IMG/VR virus record: IMGVR_UViG_3300042923_000119
Location: 1 to 50,912 of that record
DNA from: a virus
Lineage: Duplodnaviria; Caudoviricetes
Direction: 5' to 3' (one strand)
DNA: 50,912 nucleotides
The translations under genes and the position numbers were made by a program. Shown in pieces: positions 9,253 to 18,626 of this stretch; the first letter of the stretch is position 1; every line of letters starts with the position of its first letter. The notes beneath the pieces were generated by a model. That model ran no database searches. It was given only the letters and a program-made list of their open reading frames with translations, and was not told where the DNA came from.

Positions 9253-9924
9253 ATGAAAATATTAGTAGCTTGCGAAGAAAGCCAAGCGGTAACAATAGAA
9301 CTTAGAAAACTAGGTCACGATGCATATAGTTGTGATATTGAACCGTGTAGCGGTGGACATCCAGAATGGCACATAAGAAAAGATGTGTTAAAAATAATTA
9401 ACGGTAAAACAGAATTTTTTACAGATGATTATATTATGCATGCAATATTTACTCAGTGGGATATGATTATTGCTTTTCCGCCTTGCACTTACTTAAGCAA
9501 CGCAGGTGCATGCCGGCTATATCCAAGAAAAGGCGAATTGAATTTAGAAAGATACGAAAAAGGATTAGCCGCTAGAAAGTTCTTTATGTCGATTCTTTTT
9601 GCAAATTGTGAACGAATTGCGGTAGAAAATCCTGTATCATCCAAGATTTACGAAATGCCTACACACACACAGGAAATTCAACCTTGGCAATTTGGACATC
9701 CCTATACAAAAAAGACAAGGTTATGGTTGCGAGGCCTTCCATTATTAGTACCAACTGAAATTATGCAAGAACGACAACCATTTATTCCGGCAGGTACTGG
9801 ACGAAAAGACAAAAGTAAATACGGAGCAAAGGGTTGCGCTCACGAATCTAAACCAAGAAGTAAAACGTTTTCTGGCATAGCAAAAGCTATCGCCAACCAA
9901 TGGGCAGGTGAATGCAATGACTAA
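9253..9924 (+). CDS. phage DNA cytosine methyltransferase (short type)
   Basis: ILVACEES SAM-binding start, catalytic FPPCT, ENPV, QPWQFGH..KKTRLW, RSKTF.GIA. Confidence 0.8.
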   Translation: MKILVACEESQAVTIELRKLGHDAYSCDIEPCSGGHPEWHIRKDVLKIINGKTEFFTDDYIMHAIFTQWDMIIAFPPCTYLSNAGACRLYPRKGELNLERYEKGLAARKFFMSILFANCERIAVENPVSSKIYEMPTHTQEIQPWQFGHPYTKKTRLWLRGLPLLVPTEIMQERQPFIPAGTGRKDKSKYGAKGCAHESKPRSKTFSGIAKAIANQWAGECND

Positions 9925-10117
9925 AACAGTTGTAAAATACAACAACTCACTCAAAAAGATGGACAATTTTACAGCGTATACAATCGCACGAAACGCATTG
10001 ATCGAAAGCGGCAATCAGAAACAGCTAGAAAAAATGATTGAGCACATGAAAACATCGAAGAGTCAAGCGGAAACGTTGAAGATAATACAGATGTATGTAA
10101 CTTTTGAAAGGGAATAA
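9908..10117 (+). CDS. hypothetical protein
   Basis: Coupled ORF. Confidence 0.55.
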   Translation: MNAMTKTVVKYNNSLKKMDNFTAYTIARNALIESGNQKQLEKMIEHMKTSKSQAETLKIIQMYVTFERE

Positions 10118-10147
10118 GGAATGTGGTAGTGAAAGCGAGGTGATAAT

Positions 10148-10915
10148 TTGGCTAAAGATGCATATTATTTCAGCCATGATAGCAATGCAAAAGATGATCC
10201 AAAATGCGTATTAATGATCGAACAATTGGGGCTTGAAGGATACGGGATATTTTGGGTTTTGATTGAGACGTTAAGAGATCAGCCTAATTACAAGTATCCA
10301 TTGATACTAATTTCAGCACTTGCTAGAAGATATAACACAACTGCTGAAAAAATGAAAACAGTAATAAATTCATATGGATTATTTGAAATTGATGAGAATG
10401 ATTTTTTTAGCATGTCACTAATGGAGCGTATGGAAAAGTACGACGAACGTAGAGAAAATGCAAGGATTGCTGGTAAAAAATCAGCGGAAAAACGATTACT
10501 TAACAGTGGTTCAACCAACGCTCAACCAACGTTCAACGACGGTTCAACTAAGAAAGTAAAAGAAAGTAAAGTAAATAAGAGTAAATTAAAAGAAAATATA
10601 TTAAATAATTATACTGATAATGAAACTTTGCTTTTGGCTATAAATGAATTTATTCAAATGAGAAAGTCAATGAAAAAAATAATGACTGATAGGGCTATAG
10701 AGTTAATGCTTAGTAAATTAGATAAATTAGCAAACGATGATGATACAAAGATTGCAATATTGAATCAAAGCATTATGAATAGCTATCAAGGAGTATTTGA
10801 ACTAAAAAATGGTGGTGATAAATTTGGAACATATAACAAACCCTTTAGAATCACTCAAACAGAAGTTACAGCAAAACAAAGGAATCCCCGTATTAGATCG
10901 AGTAGTGGCGAATAA
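10148..10915 (+). CDS. replication initiator (DUF4373/Lin1244-like N-terminus)
   Basis: YFSHDSNA..D.K......G..GYGIFW.LIE.L; central repeats; C-terminal helical domain; precedes the DnaC-like loader. Confidence 0.8.
   Translation: MAKDAYYFSHDSNAKDDPKCVLMIEQLGLEGYGIFWVLIETLRDQPNYKYPLILISALARRYNTTAEKMKTVINSYGLFEIDENDFFSMSLMERMEKYDERRENARIAGKKSAEKRLLNSGSTNAQPTFNDGSTKKVKESKVNKSKLKENILNNYTDNETLLLAINEFIQMRKSMKKIMTDRAIELMLSKLDKLANDDDTKIAILNQSIMNSYQGVFELKNGGDKFGTYNKPFRITQTEVTAKQRNPRIRSSSGE
10508..10592 (+). repeat. putative replication origin iterons inside the initiator gene
   Basis: Four ~11-bp repeats GGTTCAACCAA/CGCTCAACCAA/CGTTCAACGAC/GGTTCAACTAA followed by an A-rich AAAGTAA tract. Confidence 0.6.
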
Positions 10916-11609
10916 ATCACAATGTCCTTTTGCTTATCAAGTTTGCCTTGATTGTTCAGATATGGTTTTAACACAAGACAACAAGCGTTATAGATACCTA
11001 ACAGAGCAATGCAGACAGCAACAAATTAAATCAATAATGCTTTTGAAAAGCGGATTGTTCGGTAAAGATTTTGAAGAAACATTTCAAAACGCAAAAATTG
11101 ATAAATACAACAAACATATGTACCAGTATTTACAAGATCAATGGAATAGAGTTGATTGGCAGTACATATTTTCCGAAAATAACGGTACAGGCAAAAGCTA
11201 TACAGCAAATGCAATAGCCAATATGTTTATAGATTACGGCATACAGCCATTGGTTGAACGCGAAATTGATATGGCTAATGCACTAAAAAATACATTCAGC
11301 GATAAAACGGGTGAATCAGAATATGCATTGATGGGTAAATGGAAATGTATACCTGTGTTGATAATTCAAGATTTAGGCAAAAACGCTAATAATTCAGAAT
11401 GGTTTCCACAGCAACTATATGACATTATAGATGCTCGATTAATCAAAAAATATGTAACTGTTTTTACTAGCAATATTGAGTTAAACAGAGAGACTTTTAA
11501 TAAAAAATTTGGATATGAACATGGCGGGGCGATATTTTCACGATTGAACGGACAATGTGAAGTTTGGGAAATGAAAGGTGTAGATCGGAGGAAAATAAAT
11601 GATAGATAG
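10809..11609 (+). CDS. DnaC/IstB-like helicase loader ATPase
   Basis: Walker A NGTGKS, Walker B LIIQDLG, YDIIDAR...TVFTSN, SRL. Confidence 0.85.
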   Translation: MVVINLEHITNPLESLKQKLQQNKGIPVLDRVVANKSQCPFAYQVCLDCSDMVLTQDNKRYRYLTEQCRQQQIKSIMLLKSGLFGKDFEETFQNAKIDKYNKHMYQYLQDQWNRVDWQYIFSENNGTGKSYTANAIANMFIDYGIQPLVEREIDMANALKNTFSDKTGESEYALMGKWKCIPVLIIQDLGKNANNSEWFPQQLYDIIDARLIKKYVTVFTSNIELNRETFNKKFGYEHGGAIFSRLNGQCEVWEMKGVDRRKINDR

Positions 11610-11880
11610 CAACCTAAAAACAATAGCAGACACATTCGGTTCTAAACAGGTCATGAAACTAGTCGAAGAAATGGCAGAGCTAACACAAGCGATTGCAAGA
11701 GTACACAATAATGATAACGAAGAAAACTCGTTGCACATAATCGAAGAAATGGCTGACGTAGAAATAGTACTAGAACAATTAAAATATTTGCTTAGAAGTC
11801 AAGATGATTTTGAAATAATCAAGCAACAAAAAATACAACGAACGTTAGAACGAATAGAAAGCGGATACTACAAGGAATGA
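11599..11880 (+). CDS. MazG-like nucleotide pyrophosphohydrolase
   Basis: KLVEEMAEL...EEMADV motif. Confidence 0.8.
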   Translation: MIDSNLKTIADTFGSKQVMKLVEEMAELTQAIARVHNNDNEENSLHIIEEMADVEIVLEQLKYLLRSQDDFEIIKQQKIQRTLERIESGYYKE

Positions 11881-11889
11881 GGTAGTTGA

Positions 11890-12783
11890 ATGCATGTAGG
11901 ATTAATTGACATTGATAGCCACAACTTTCCAAATCTATGCCTTATGAAACTATCAGCATATTTTAAAAGCCAAGGACATACGACAAGCATTTTAAGTCCA
12001 GACGATGTTTTGAAAGGTCAAGATTTGTTTAATAAGCCAGATAAGCTATACGGTGCTGTGGTGTTTGAAGAAAATAAAGATGTTGCTACACAACTTGCTA
12101 GGATGGGCGTAATTGTAGGCGGTACAGGAATATTGAAAGAAACAAAATTAGCACCAGAAGTAGAAAGTATGTATCCAGATTATGAGTTGTACGGAATCAA
12201 AGATACAGCATATGGATTTTTAACTAGAGGGTGTCCGCGGGGTTGTAAATTTTGCATCGTGGGAAAAAAGGAAGGTTTAAAATCAATAAAAGTTGCTGAC
12301 TTATTACAATTTTGGAACGGACAAAAATACATAAAACTACTTGACCCTAATTTGTTGGCTTGTAACGAATGGGAAAACATACTACAACAACTTATTGATA
12401 GCAAAGCATGGATTGACTTTACACAAGGATTAGATATAAGGCTAATGACAAAAGAAAAAGCCGATATGATAAATCAGTTAAAAATAAAAATGATACATTT
12501 CGCATGGGATAATTACGAATTTGATACTTTTAAAAAGTTAACTGATTTTAGAAAACAATTTAAATTTGATGATCGAAAACTAAGAGTCTATGTATTAACC
12601 AATTTTAATACAACTCATGAGCAGGATTTAGAAAGAGTATATAAATTAAAAGATGCTGGCTACGACCCATTTGTAATGATTTTTAATAAATTACACGCAC
12701 CCAAAATAACAAAGCGGTTGGCACGATGGGTAGATAATAAATTCATATTTAGGAGTTGCGAACAATTTAGCGACTATAAATAA
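11890..12783 (+). CDS. radical SAM protein
   Basis: TRGCPRGCKFC CxxxCxxC motif; FPNLCLMKLS N-terminus; DFTQGLD. Confidence 0.88.
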   Translation: MHVGLIDIDSHNFPNLCLMKLSAYFKSQGHTTSILSPDDVLKGQDLFNKPDKLYGAVVFEENKDVATQLARMGVIVGGTGILKETKLAPEVESMYPDYELYGIKDTAYGFLTRGCPRGCKFCIVGKKEGLKSIKVADLLQFWNGQKYIKLLDPNLLACNEWENILQQLIDSKAWIDFTQGLDIRLMTKEKADMINQLKIKMIHFAWDNYEFDTFKKLTDFRKQFKFDDRKLRVYVLTNFNTTHEQDLERVYKLKDAGYDPFVMIFNKLHAPKITKRLARWVDNKFIFRSCEQFSDYK

Positions 12784-13059
12784 TGCCTATAAAATAAAAC
12801 ATACACCACCTAGTTTCCCCAACATTAAACAAAATATACATGACCAGCATACTTGTATAGGCAAGTATAAAATTATGAGCTTAAAACTAAAATGAGGTGA
12901 AAATATGGAAACAAATTACGAACACTTTTTCAGTAAAGATATGGTGCTGGACAAGGCAATGATCGTACAAGGGCACGTGATACATTTGCAGAGTCGTTAA
13001 AAGATAAAGGGTATGACATACTGCATTTTGACCAAATGGAATGAATAGGAGCTGATTAA

Positions 13060-13344
13060 ATGACTAATCAAGCTGAAATACAAACAGCGATTAATTACAT
13101 GAAAATACAAGTTGAAAATAATAAGAATAAGTTAATTGATAACAGTATTAAAAATGCTTATAAAACCGCAATCGAAGCATTAGAAAAGCAAGTGCCGATA
13201 AAACCACGCGAACATCACAATTTTAATGATATTTGTAATGATACTGATTATGCAGATGAATGTTGGTTATGCAAATGTAATAACTTTGTTGATGAATCAG
13301 ACAATTATTGCCCTAATTGCGGTCAAAAGTTGGATTGGAGCTGA
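13060..13344 (+). CDS. Zn-ribbon phage protein
   Basis: ALEKQVP.KP...C.C...NYCPNCGQKLDW. Confidence 0.75.
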   Translation: MTNQAEIQTAINYMKIQVENNKNKLIDNSIKNAYKTAIEALEKQVPIKPREHHNFNDICNDTDYADECWLCKCNNFVDESDNYCPNCGQKLDWS

Positions 13345-13348
13345 TTAA

Positions 13349-13504
13349 ATGAAATACAGTGATGAAAAGGTAGAGAAAATAATTAAATCAATATTAATAT
13401 CATATTGCCCTAGGGAAATAGAATGTTTACAAGACACACTTGATAACGATGATAATAAATGCATTGAATGTTGGCAACAAGCATTGGTAGGTGATGATAA
13501 ATGA
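13349..13504 (+). CDS. small Cys-rich protein (51 aa), paralog of 14363-14593
   Basis: GGAG RBS; ends CIECWQQALVGDDK. Confidence 0.55.
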   Translation: MKYSDEKVEKIIKSILISYCPREIECLQDTLDNDDNKCIECWQQALVGDDK

Positions 13505-13827
13505 GCGAAATTAGCAAATGCGATTATTGTGGAGATAAAAACATAAAAACAAGACCAACCCCATACATGGCAGATATACCAGCTAAAATGTGTAAAACAT
13601 GTTGGGATATGGCTAAAGAACAAGGTTTAAAAACAGAAGAAGTATGGATAGGTGAATTCGAAAATGAGTGAAATAGTAACAGCAATAACATACGCATTAG
13701 CAATACTCACAACAGTAATATTACTAGCGTACATATATTGCAAGTTTGGCGAGTATCAAGAGCGTAAAAAGTATAAAAAGTTTGGCAGTGAAACGAAAGA
13801 TAGAATTATGAGAACGATTGTTAAGAG

Positions 13828-14133
13828 GTGAAAGAAATGAACGTTGAAATAGAACTATATGAATTTTTACGAGAAAGAGAGTGCCATTTATATAAAGAAA
13901 AAGGTGAAATACATTCATGGGTAGTAGCTGATTTTGATGATTTAGAAGACTTCGCTAAAATTGTTGACACTAATGATGGCGATGGTGGATTAGACGTAAA
14001 AATGTTTAATAATTATATTGCTATTGAATTAAATGATACTTTTGAATCGTTAGATCAGACAATACATGATTATAGAAATTGTTTCCCAGAAGATGAATAT
14101 GAAGATTATTTTTCAGAAGGTGATAACAAATGA
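13828..14133 (+). CDS. hypothetical acidic protein
   Basis: ORF with RBS, coupled downstream. Confidence 0.6.
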   Translation: MKEMNVEIELYEFLRERECHLYKEKGEIHSWVVADFDDLEDFAKIVDTNDGDGGLDVKMFNNYIAIELNDTFESLDQTIHDYRNCFPEDEYEDYFSEGDNK

Positions 14134-14366
14134 TTAGGGATCACAGCTTAGGTAATATGATTTTTAATCTTAAAGAACGAAAAAATTTGCATAAAATAGA
14201 ATGTACTAAAAGCGCAGTAATGGAAATTTTATCGTATTTGGAAGAATTGCAAAATTGCAGAGATTTGCAAAAGTTTGCAGATTACCTAATTGAAAATGCA
14301 AGTGAAGCATTCGAACATCAAGATAGAACGTTATTGATTGAAGCTTTAAGGCGGTGGAATAAATGA
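14130..14366 (+). CDS. hypothetical protein
   Basis: ATGA-coupled ORF. Confidence 0.55.
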   Translation: MIRDHSLGNMIFNLKERKNLHKIECTKSAVMEILSYLEELQNCRDLQKFADYLIENASEAFEHQDRTLLIEALRRWNK

Positions 14367-14593
14367 TTAATCAACCAAAACTAACTATCAAAGATGAACT
14401 TAAAATAATTAAAGAGAAATGCCCGATCATATGGGAAAAGCATTTTGCTTGCGAATGCCCTAGCGATATTGATGATAGTTTAGTTAATTCTTATGAAATA
14501 AACGATTATGATGATACTTATTGTGATATTGGTTCGAAAGATGGATATTGTGAAAAATGTTGGGATAAAGCGTTAGGTGATGATAATAAATGA
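14363..14593 (+). CDS. small Cys-rich protein
   Basis: Ends CEKCWDKALGDDNK. Confidence 0.6.
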   Translation: MINQPKLTIKDELKIIKEKCPIIWEKHFACECPSDIDDSLVNSYEINDYDDTYCDIGSKDGYCEKCWDKALGDDNK

Positions 14594-14778
14594 TTAACCA
14601 ATCAGCAATAGAAGCACAAGCAGAAAAATTAAAGTTAGAAACAAACATGGAAATAATCGCAGTATACACAGAGTTTGGCAGTGTTCAATATTTTCCGGCA
14701 AGCACGAAGTTAGCGGAAGGATTTGAATTGCTGTATGAGACGAAAGAAAGCGAGGAAAAAACAATTGCCAATAGTTAA
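14590..14778 (+). CDS. hypothetical protein
   Basis: ATGA-coupled ORF. Confidence 0.5.
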   Translation: MINQSAIEAQAEKLKLETNMEIIAVYTEFGSVQYFPASTKLAEGFELLYETKESEEKTIANS

Positions 14779-15376
14779 TATAGTCGGAAATAAATACCAT
14801 AGGTTAACAGTTATTAGTTTTTCTCATTCTAAAAACGGTACATTTTGGAACGTAAAATGTGATTGTGGAAAAGAGTTAAAAGTAAATGGTGCTATGTTGA
14901 AAAACGGTCACACAAAATCATGTGGATGTTTAAATAAAGAATTGATCAGTAAGAGGACAAGCAAACATAAATTGTGTAATACGCCAACATATACAACATG
15001 GGATAGTATGATTCAAAGATGTTCTAATGAACACAACCAAAATTATCATCGTTACGGTGAAAGAGGTATAAAAGTTTGCGATAAATGGTTGACATTTGAA
15101 GGTTTTATCGAAGAAATGGGATTAAGACCACCAAGTTTTACGTTAGATAGAATTGATAACGATAAAGGGTATTACAAAGAAAATTGCAGATGGGTAAACC
15201 CAAAAAGACAAGCTAACAACACTTCTGCAAATGTAAATATTACATATAACGGTGAAACTCATACCGTATCTGAATGGGCAGAAAAATTAAATATTAGCAG
15301 AAGTACATTAAATAATAGGTTATTTAGAAGTAAATGGACTATAGAAAAATCATTAACAAGGAGCGTAAACAAATGA
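14765..15376 (+). CDS. HNH homing endonuclease-like protein
   Basis: W...CDCG...SCGC, W.SM..RC, YG.RGI.VC..W, TLDRIDNDKGY..ENCRW...Q.NN; likely TTG start after GAGG. Confidence 0.85.
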   Translation: MPIVNIVGNKYHRLTVISFSHSKNGTFWNVKCDCGKELKVNGAMLKNGHTKSCGCLNKELISKRTSKHKLCNTPTYTTWDSMIQRCSNEHNQNYHRYGERGIKVCDKWLTFEGFIEEMGLRPPSFTLDRIDNDKGYYKENCRWVNPKRQANNTSANVNITYNGETHTVSEWAEKLNISRSTLNNRLFRSKWTIEKSLTRSVNK

Positions 15377-15774
15377 ATAAATTTATAGGTGTTGGAAGAT
15401 TAGCAAAGGATCCTGAAATTCATTATTCTCAAACCGGTACAGCGGTAGCAAATTTTAATGTAGCAATATCGAGCGGATATGGAGAGCATAAACAAACTGA
15501 CTTTATTCCAGTGGTAGCATTTCAAAAACTAGCTGAAATTTGCGGTAACAACTTAACCAAAGGCAGCCAAATCTTAGTCGAAGGACGCATCCAAGTTCGC
15601 AATTACGAAACACAAGACGGTCAAAAACGTTATGTGACTGAGGTGATTGCACAGAATATTGAGTTTATGGGTAGCAAACAGTCGAAGCCAAGCGAAGGAC
15701 AAGCAGATAATAGCAGTACTGGTGCGAATTCGTTTGGTAGTGAAGTAGATATAGACCAAGAAATACCATTTTAG
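15373..15774 (+). CDS. ssb: single-stranded DNA-binding protein
   Basis: MNK..GVGRLAKDPE...KG..ILVEGRIQ.R.Y...G.KRYVTEV, acidic tail ending EIPF. Confidence 0.95.
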   Translation: MNKFIGVGRLAKDPEIHYSQTGTAVANFNVAISSGYGEHKQTDFIPVVAFQKLAEICGNNLTKGSQILVEGRIQVRNYETQDGQKRYVTEVIAQNIEFMGSKQSKPSEGQADNSSTGANSFGSEVDIDQEIPF

Positions 15775-15786
15775 GAGTGATTAAAA

Positions 15787-16041
15787 ATGATTAAAACAGA
15801 AGAAGAATACTGGAATGAACGGTACAATCAAGAAGAGTTTCAAATGAAAATTTATTATGAAGATATTGGTATTCAAGCAACACGACCATGCACAATTTAT
15901 AAGCCAAGCCTAACAATTGACGGCAATATGTGGTGTGCGTTGTATGGCGATAATTTGCAAGAAGGTGTCACAGGATTTGGCAAATCACCGAGTAAAGCAT
16001 ACGAAGACTTTGATAAGAATTGGGAAGAAGAATTGAAATAA
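15787..16041 (+). CDS. hypothetical phage protein
   Basis: DGNMWCALYG.NLQEG..GFG.SP..A...FD motif. Confidence 0.65.
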   Translation: MIKTEEEYWNERYNQEEFQMKIYYEDIGIQATRPCTIYKPSLTIDGNMWCALYGDNLQEGVTGFGKSPSKAYEDFDKNWEEELK

Positions 16042-16085
16042 ATAAAAACGCAGGGAGTAATTTCCCTGCAAAGGTGGGATAAAAT

Positions 16086-16457
16086 TTGATTAATTCAAAA
16101 GCAAAAGGAAGTAAAGGCGAACGTGAATTAGCTAGTAAACTTAGAAAATATGGTTTTACCGATGCCAAAAGATCGCAACAGTATTGCGGATTAGGTGAAA
16201 GTGCTGCCGATATTGTAGATGCACTACCAAATATACATATCGAGTGCAAAAGAGTCGAACGACTTAACATCTCGGATGCAATCGCACAAGCAAAACGTGA
16301 TGCCAAAAACGGTAATATGCCTACTGTATTTCATCGTAGGAATAATGAAAAGTGGCTTGTAACAATGAGCTTAAGCGACTGGATAGAGTTGTATCGTGAG
16401 TATCATAGCGGATTGTTACTGAGTAATAAGACAACGCAAAAAGCGGTTGAATTTTAA
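16086..16457 (+). CDS. PD-(D/E)xK Holliday junction resolvase-like nuclease
   Basis: SK.KG..GERE...AD...HIECKR; position after ssb. Confidence 0.75.
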   Translation: MINSKAKGSKGERELASKLRKYGFTDAKRSQQYCGLGESAADIVDALPNIHIECKRVERLNISDAIAQAKRDAKNGNMPTVFHRRNNEKWLVTMSLSDWIELYREYHSGLLLSNKTTQKAVEF

Positions 16458-16477
16458 ACAATAAGGTGGTGTAAATA

Positions 16478-16762
16478 ATGGGAGAACATTATAACGGGAT
16501 AATTCCAGAAGGTAGCATTATAAAAATAATCATAAATGACGATAAGTTTGCAACGGAAGAAGTAAAAACAACTAATGATATGAAAATAGAGAAAAATAGT
16601 CTAATGCTATTTGGCGGTAAATATGGAGTTAATAGCCCTATATGTATTGATTATGTAGAGAAAGTTACGCCAAAAAAAATTATACTTAATACTACTTGGC
16701 AAGATTGTTTAGTTGCCAAAAATGGAGTCTTATTTAGTAATTATTCAGATGCGGCAGATTAA
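16478..16762 (+). CDS. hypothetical protein
   Basis: AAGGTGG RBS. Confidence 0.55.
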   Translation: MGEHYNGIIPEGSIIKIIINDDKFATEEVKTTNDMKIEKNSLMLFGGKYGVNSPICIDYVEKVTPKKIILNTTWQDCLVAKNGVLFSNYSDAAD

Positions 16763-16784
16763 ATAATATAAGGCGGTGTAAACA

Positions 16785-17018
16785 ATGAAAACTTTTGGAG
16801 AAGTAATAAACGGAATGATTAAAAACGAAAATGTTAAATTAATACCTGTTTGTGATAACTTAATTAAAGTTAATCGCGGCAATGGCAATAAAAAACCATC
16901 TACAATTACGGTTAGAGTTCCAGACAATATGATTGATATGTTTTTTGATAACGATAAAACAACAGCTTTCATGGTTTGCTTAGATAGAGAATCGACAAAT
17001 AAGATCGCTAGGGGATGA
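16785..17018 (+). CDS. hypothetical protein
   Basis: AAGGCGG RBS. Confidence 0.55.
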   Translation: MKTFGEVINGMIKNENVKLIPVCDNLIKVNRGNGNKKPSTITVRVPDNMIDMFFDNDKTTAFMVCLDRESTNKIARG

Positions 17019-17024
17019 ATAAAA

Positions 17025-17777
17025 ATGGACAACAAACTGCTAGAACAATTTAAAAAAGGTGAAGTAATATTATATACGCCAACGTTCGAAGATTTTAAGA
17101 CATTAATGGAATGGTGTGAAAAAGAAAATATTATTTGGTGTACTGGGACAAAACCGACTGAACAAATGCAAGTTATATTTGGAGAATTTAATAGCGAAAA
17201 TAAAGGGCTTAAAATAAAAGAGCTAAAAGTTTTAAGTTATATTAAATTCAATAGTGATGACTTAACAATATATCCATTAACAACAAGCGACCTACAACCA
17301 GACCAACCAACATTCACAAAATCTGATTTAAAAATCGGAATGATTGTTGAGCTGCGGAATGAAACAAAATGCCTTGTTAAGCAAGGTTGTTATGCGACAA
17401 TAGAACCGGGTAATAATTATATGCCACAATATTATTGTGACGATTTAACTAGGATAGACAACAAAAGAGAATTAGCTTTAGACGTCGTAAAAGTCTACAC
17501 AACAAGTAGCTTAATCGAAGTGCTGAACGGCAATTATGATTCACTAGAGTTGGTGTGGGAGCGTGAACAAGAGGTTGACTGGTCTGCGGTTGCTGTCGAT
17601 ACGAAAGTTACTATAACTACTGAATCCGGTAAAACATTTAATAGATATTTTGCCAAATACGAAGATGGGAAAGTATTTGTTTTTGATGCTGGCAGAACAT
17701 CATTTACTAATGAAAATTATGCATTAGCTTGGTGGAACAAAGTAGCATTATACAAAGAGGACAAATCTAGCATATGA
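17025..17777 (+). CDS. mosaic hypothetical phage protein
   Basis: FTKSDLK.GM.VELRN module and VDWS.V.VDTKV...RYFAKYE.GKV module. Confidence 0.7.
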   Translation: MDNKLLEQFKKGEVILYTPTFEDFKTLMEWCEKENIIWCTGTKPTEQMQVIFGEFNSENKGLKIKELKVLSYIKFNSDDLTIYPLTTSDLQPDQPTFTKSDLKIGMIVELRNETKCLVKQGCYATIEPGNNYMPQYYCDDLTRIDNKRELALDVVKVYTTSSLIEVLNGNYDSLELVWEREQEVDWSAVAVDTKVTITTESGKTFNRYFAKYEDGKVFVFDAGRTSFTNENYALAWWNKVALYKEDKSSI

Positions 17778-17945
17778 AAAATAAACTAATATTATGCAAG
17801 GCTTGCGGTAACTGCAAACATCAAAATATATGTGCGGAAGAAAAGACAAATAGCGGTCAAACTTATAATAAGTTTGAATATTGTGATAAATTTGCGGCTA
17901 AACGTGGTGAAATTGGTAAATTTGATTATTGATTGGGGTGAGTAG

Positions 17946-18128
17946 ATGGACAGAATAGAAATTTTAGAATTATCAGCAAGAACATACAATCATTTAAAAA
18001 GAAATGGAATTAATTTTATTGAACAAATAGACTGCATGACAGATGAAGATATTTTAAAAATAAAAAGAGTTGGCAAAAATGCATTGATTGAAATAAGAGA
18101 ATCATTAAAAGAATACAAAACAATGTAA
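17946..18128 (+). CDS. stand-alone RNA polymerase alpha C-terminal-domain-like protein
   Basis: IEILELSARTYNHLKRNGI..IEQI..MT.EDILKIKRVGKNALIEI matches the alpha-CTD pattern IEELELSVRSYNCLKRAGI...L.K..NLG.KSL.EI. Confidence 0.85.
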   Translation: MDRIEILELSARTYNHLKRNGINFIEQIDCMTDEDILKIKRVGKNALIEIRESLKEYKTM

Positions 18129-18156
18129 AGGAATTTAAATTAATTGGGGTGATTGA

Positions 18157-18609
18157 ATGGCAATAAAAAAAGAGATCAAAGCATATGTTGAATGTGAATT
18201 GCGTGATTATTTGCAGACAATCCGTGAACTAGGCGAAGAGCGAGAACAAATTATACATAACTCACCTTCATTTGATGATAGTGGTATTCGCAGTACAGGC
18301 ATTAGCAGGACATGCGAAAATAAAGCCATACAACTTATTACAAGCAAACGATTAATACAAATAGGCAGGACGATAGAGGGTATACAGATGGTATTAGATT
18401 CATTACAAGAGGATAAATACAAACTTGTGCAATTAAAGTATTGGACTAATCCCCAAACTAGGACGGATGAAGGGATAGCTAGAGAGTTAAATATTGGCAA
18501 GACTACATATTATAAGTGGGTCGACGGCATAGTTTTAGCTGTTGCTATCGAATTAGGTCTAGTAAATGGAGTAAGTGCGGAAAAAGTGCGGAGTTTTAGG
18601 GGTGCTTAA
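18157..18609 (+). CDS. ArpU/RinA-family late transcription activator
   Basis: YVECELRDY...KLVQLKYW...GIARELNIGKTTYYKW sigma4-like HTH; position at the early/late boundary. Confidence 0.85.
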   Translation: MAIKKEIKAYVECELRDYLQTIRELGEEREQIIHNSPSFDDSGIRSTGISRTCENKAIQLITSKRLIQIGRTIEGIQMVLDSLQEDKYKLVQLKYWTNPQTRTDEGIARELNIGKTTYYKWVDGIVLAVAIELGLVNGVSAEKVRSFRGA

Positions 18610-18620
18610 AGTGATATAAT
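18573..18620 (+). promoter_or_regulatory. putative ArpU-dependent late promoter
   Basis: Direct repeat AAGTGCGGA (18573-81, 18584-92; 11-bp period) in place of a -35, plus extended -10 TGATATAAT (18612-20). Confidence 0.7.
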
Positions 18621-18626
18621 GGGAGT

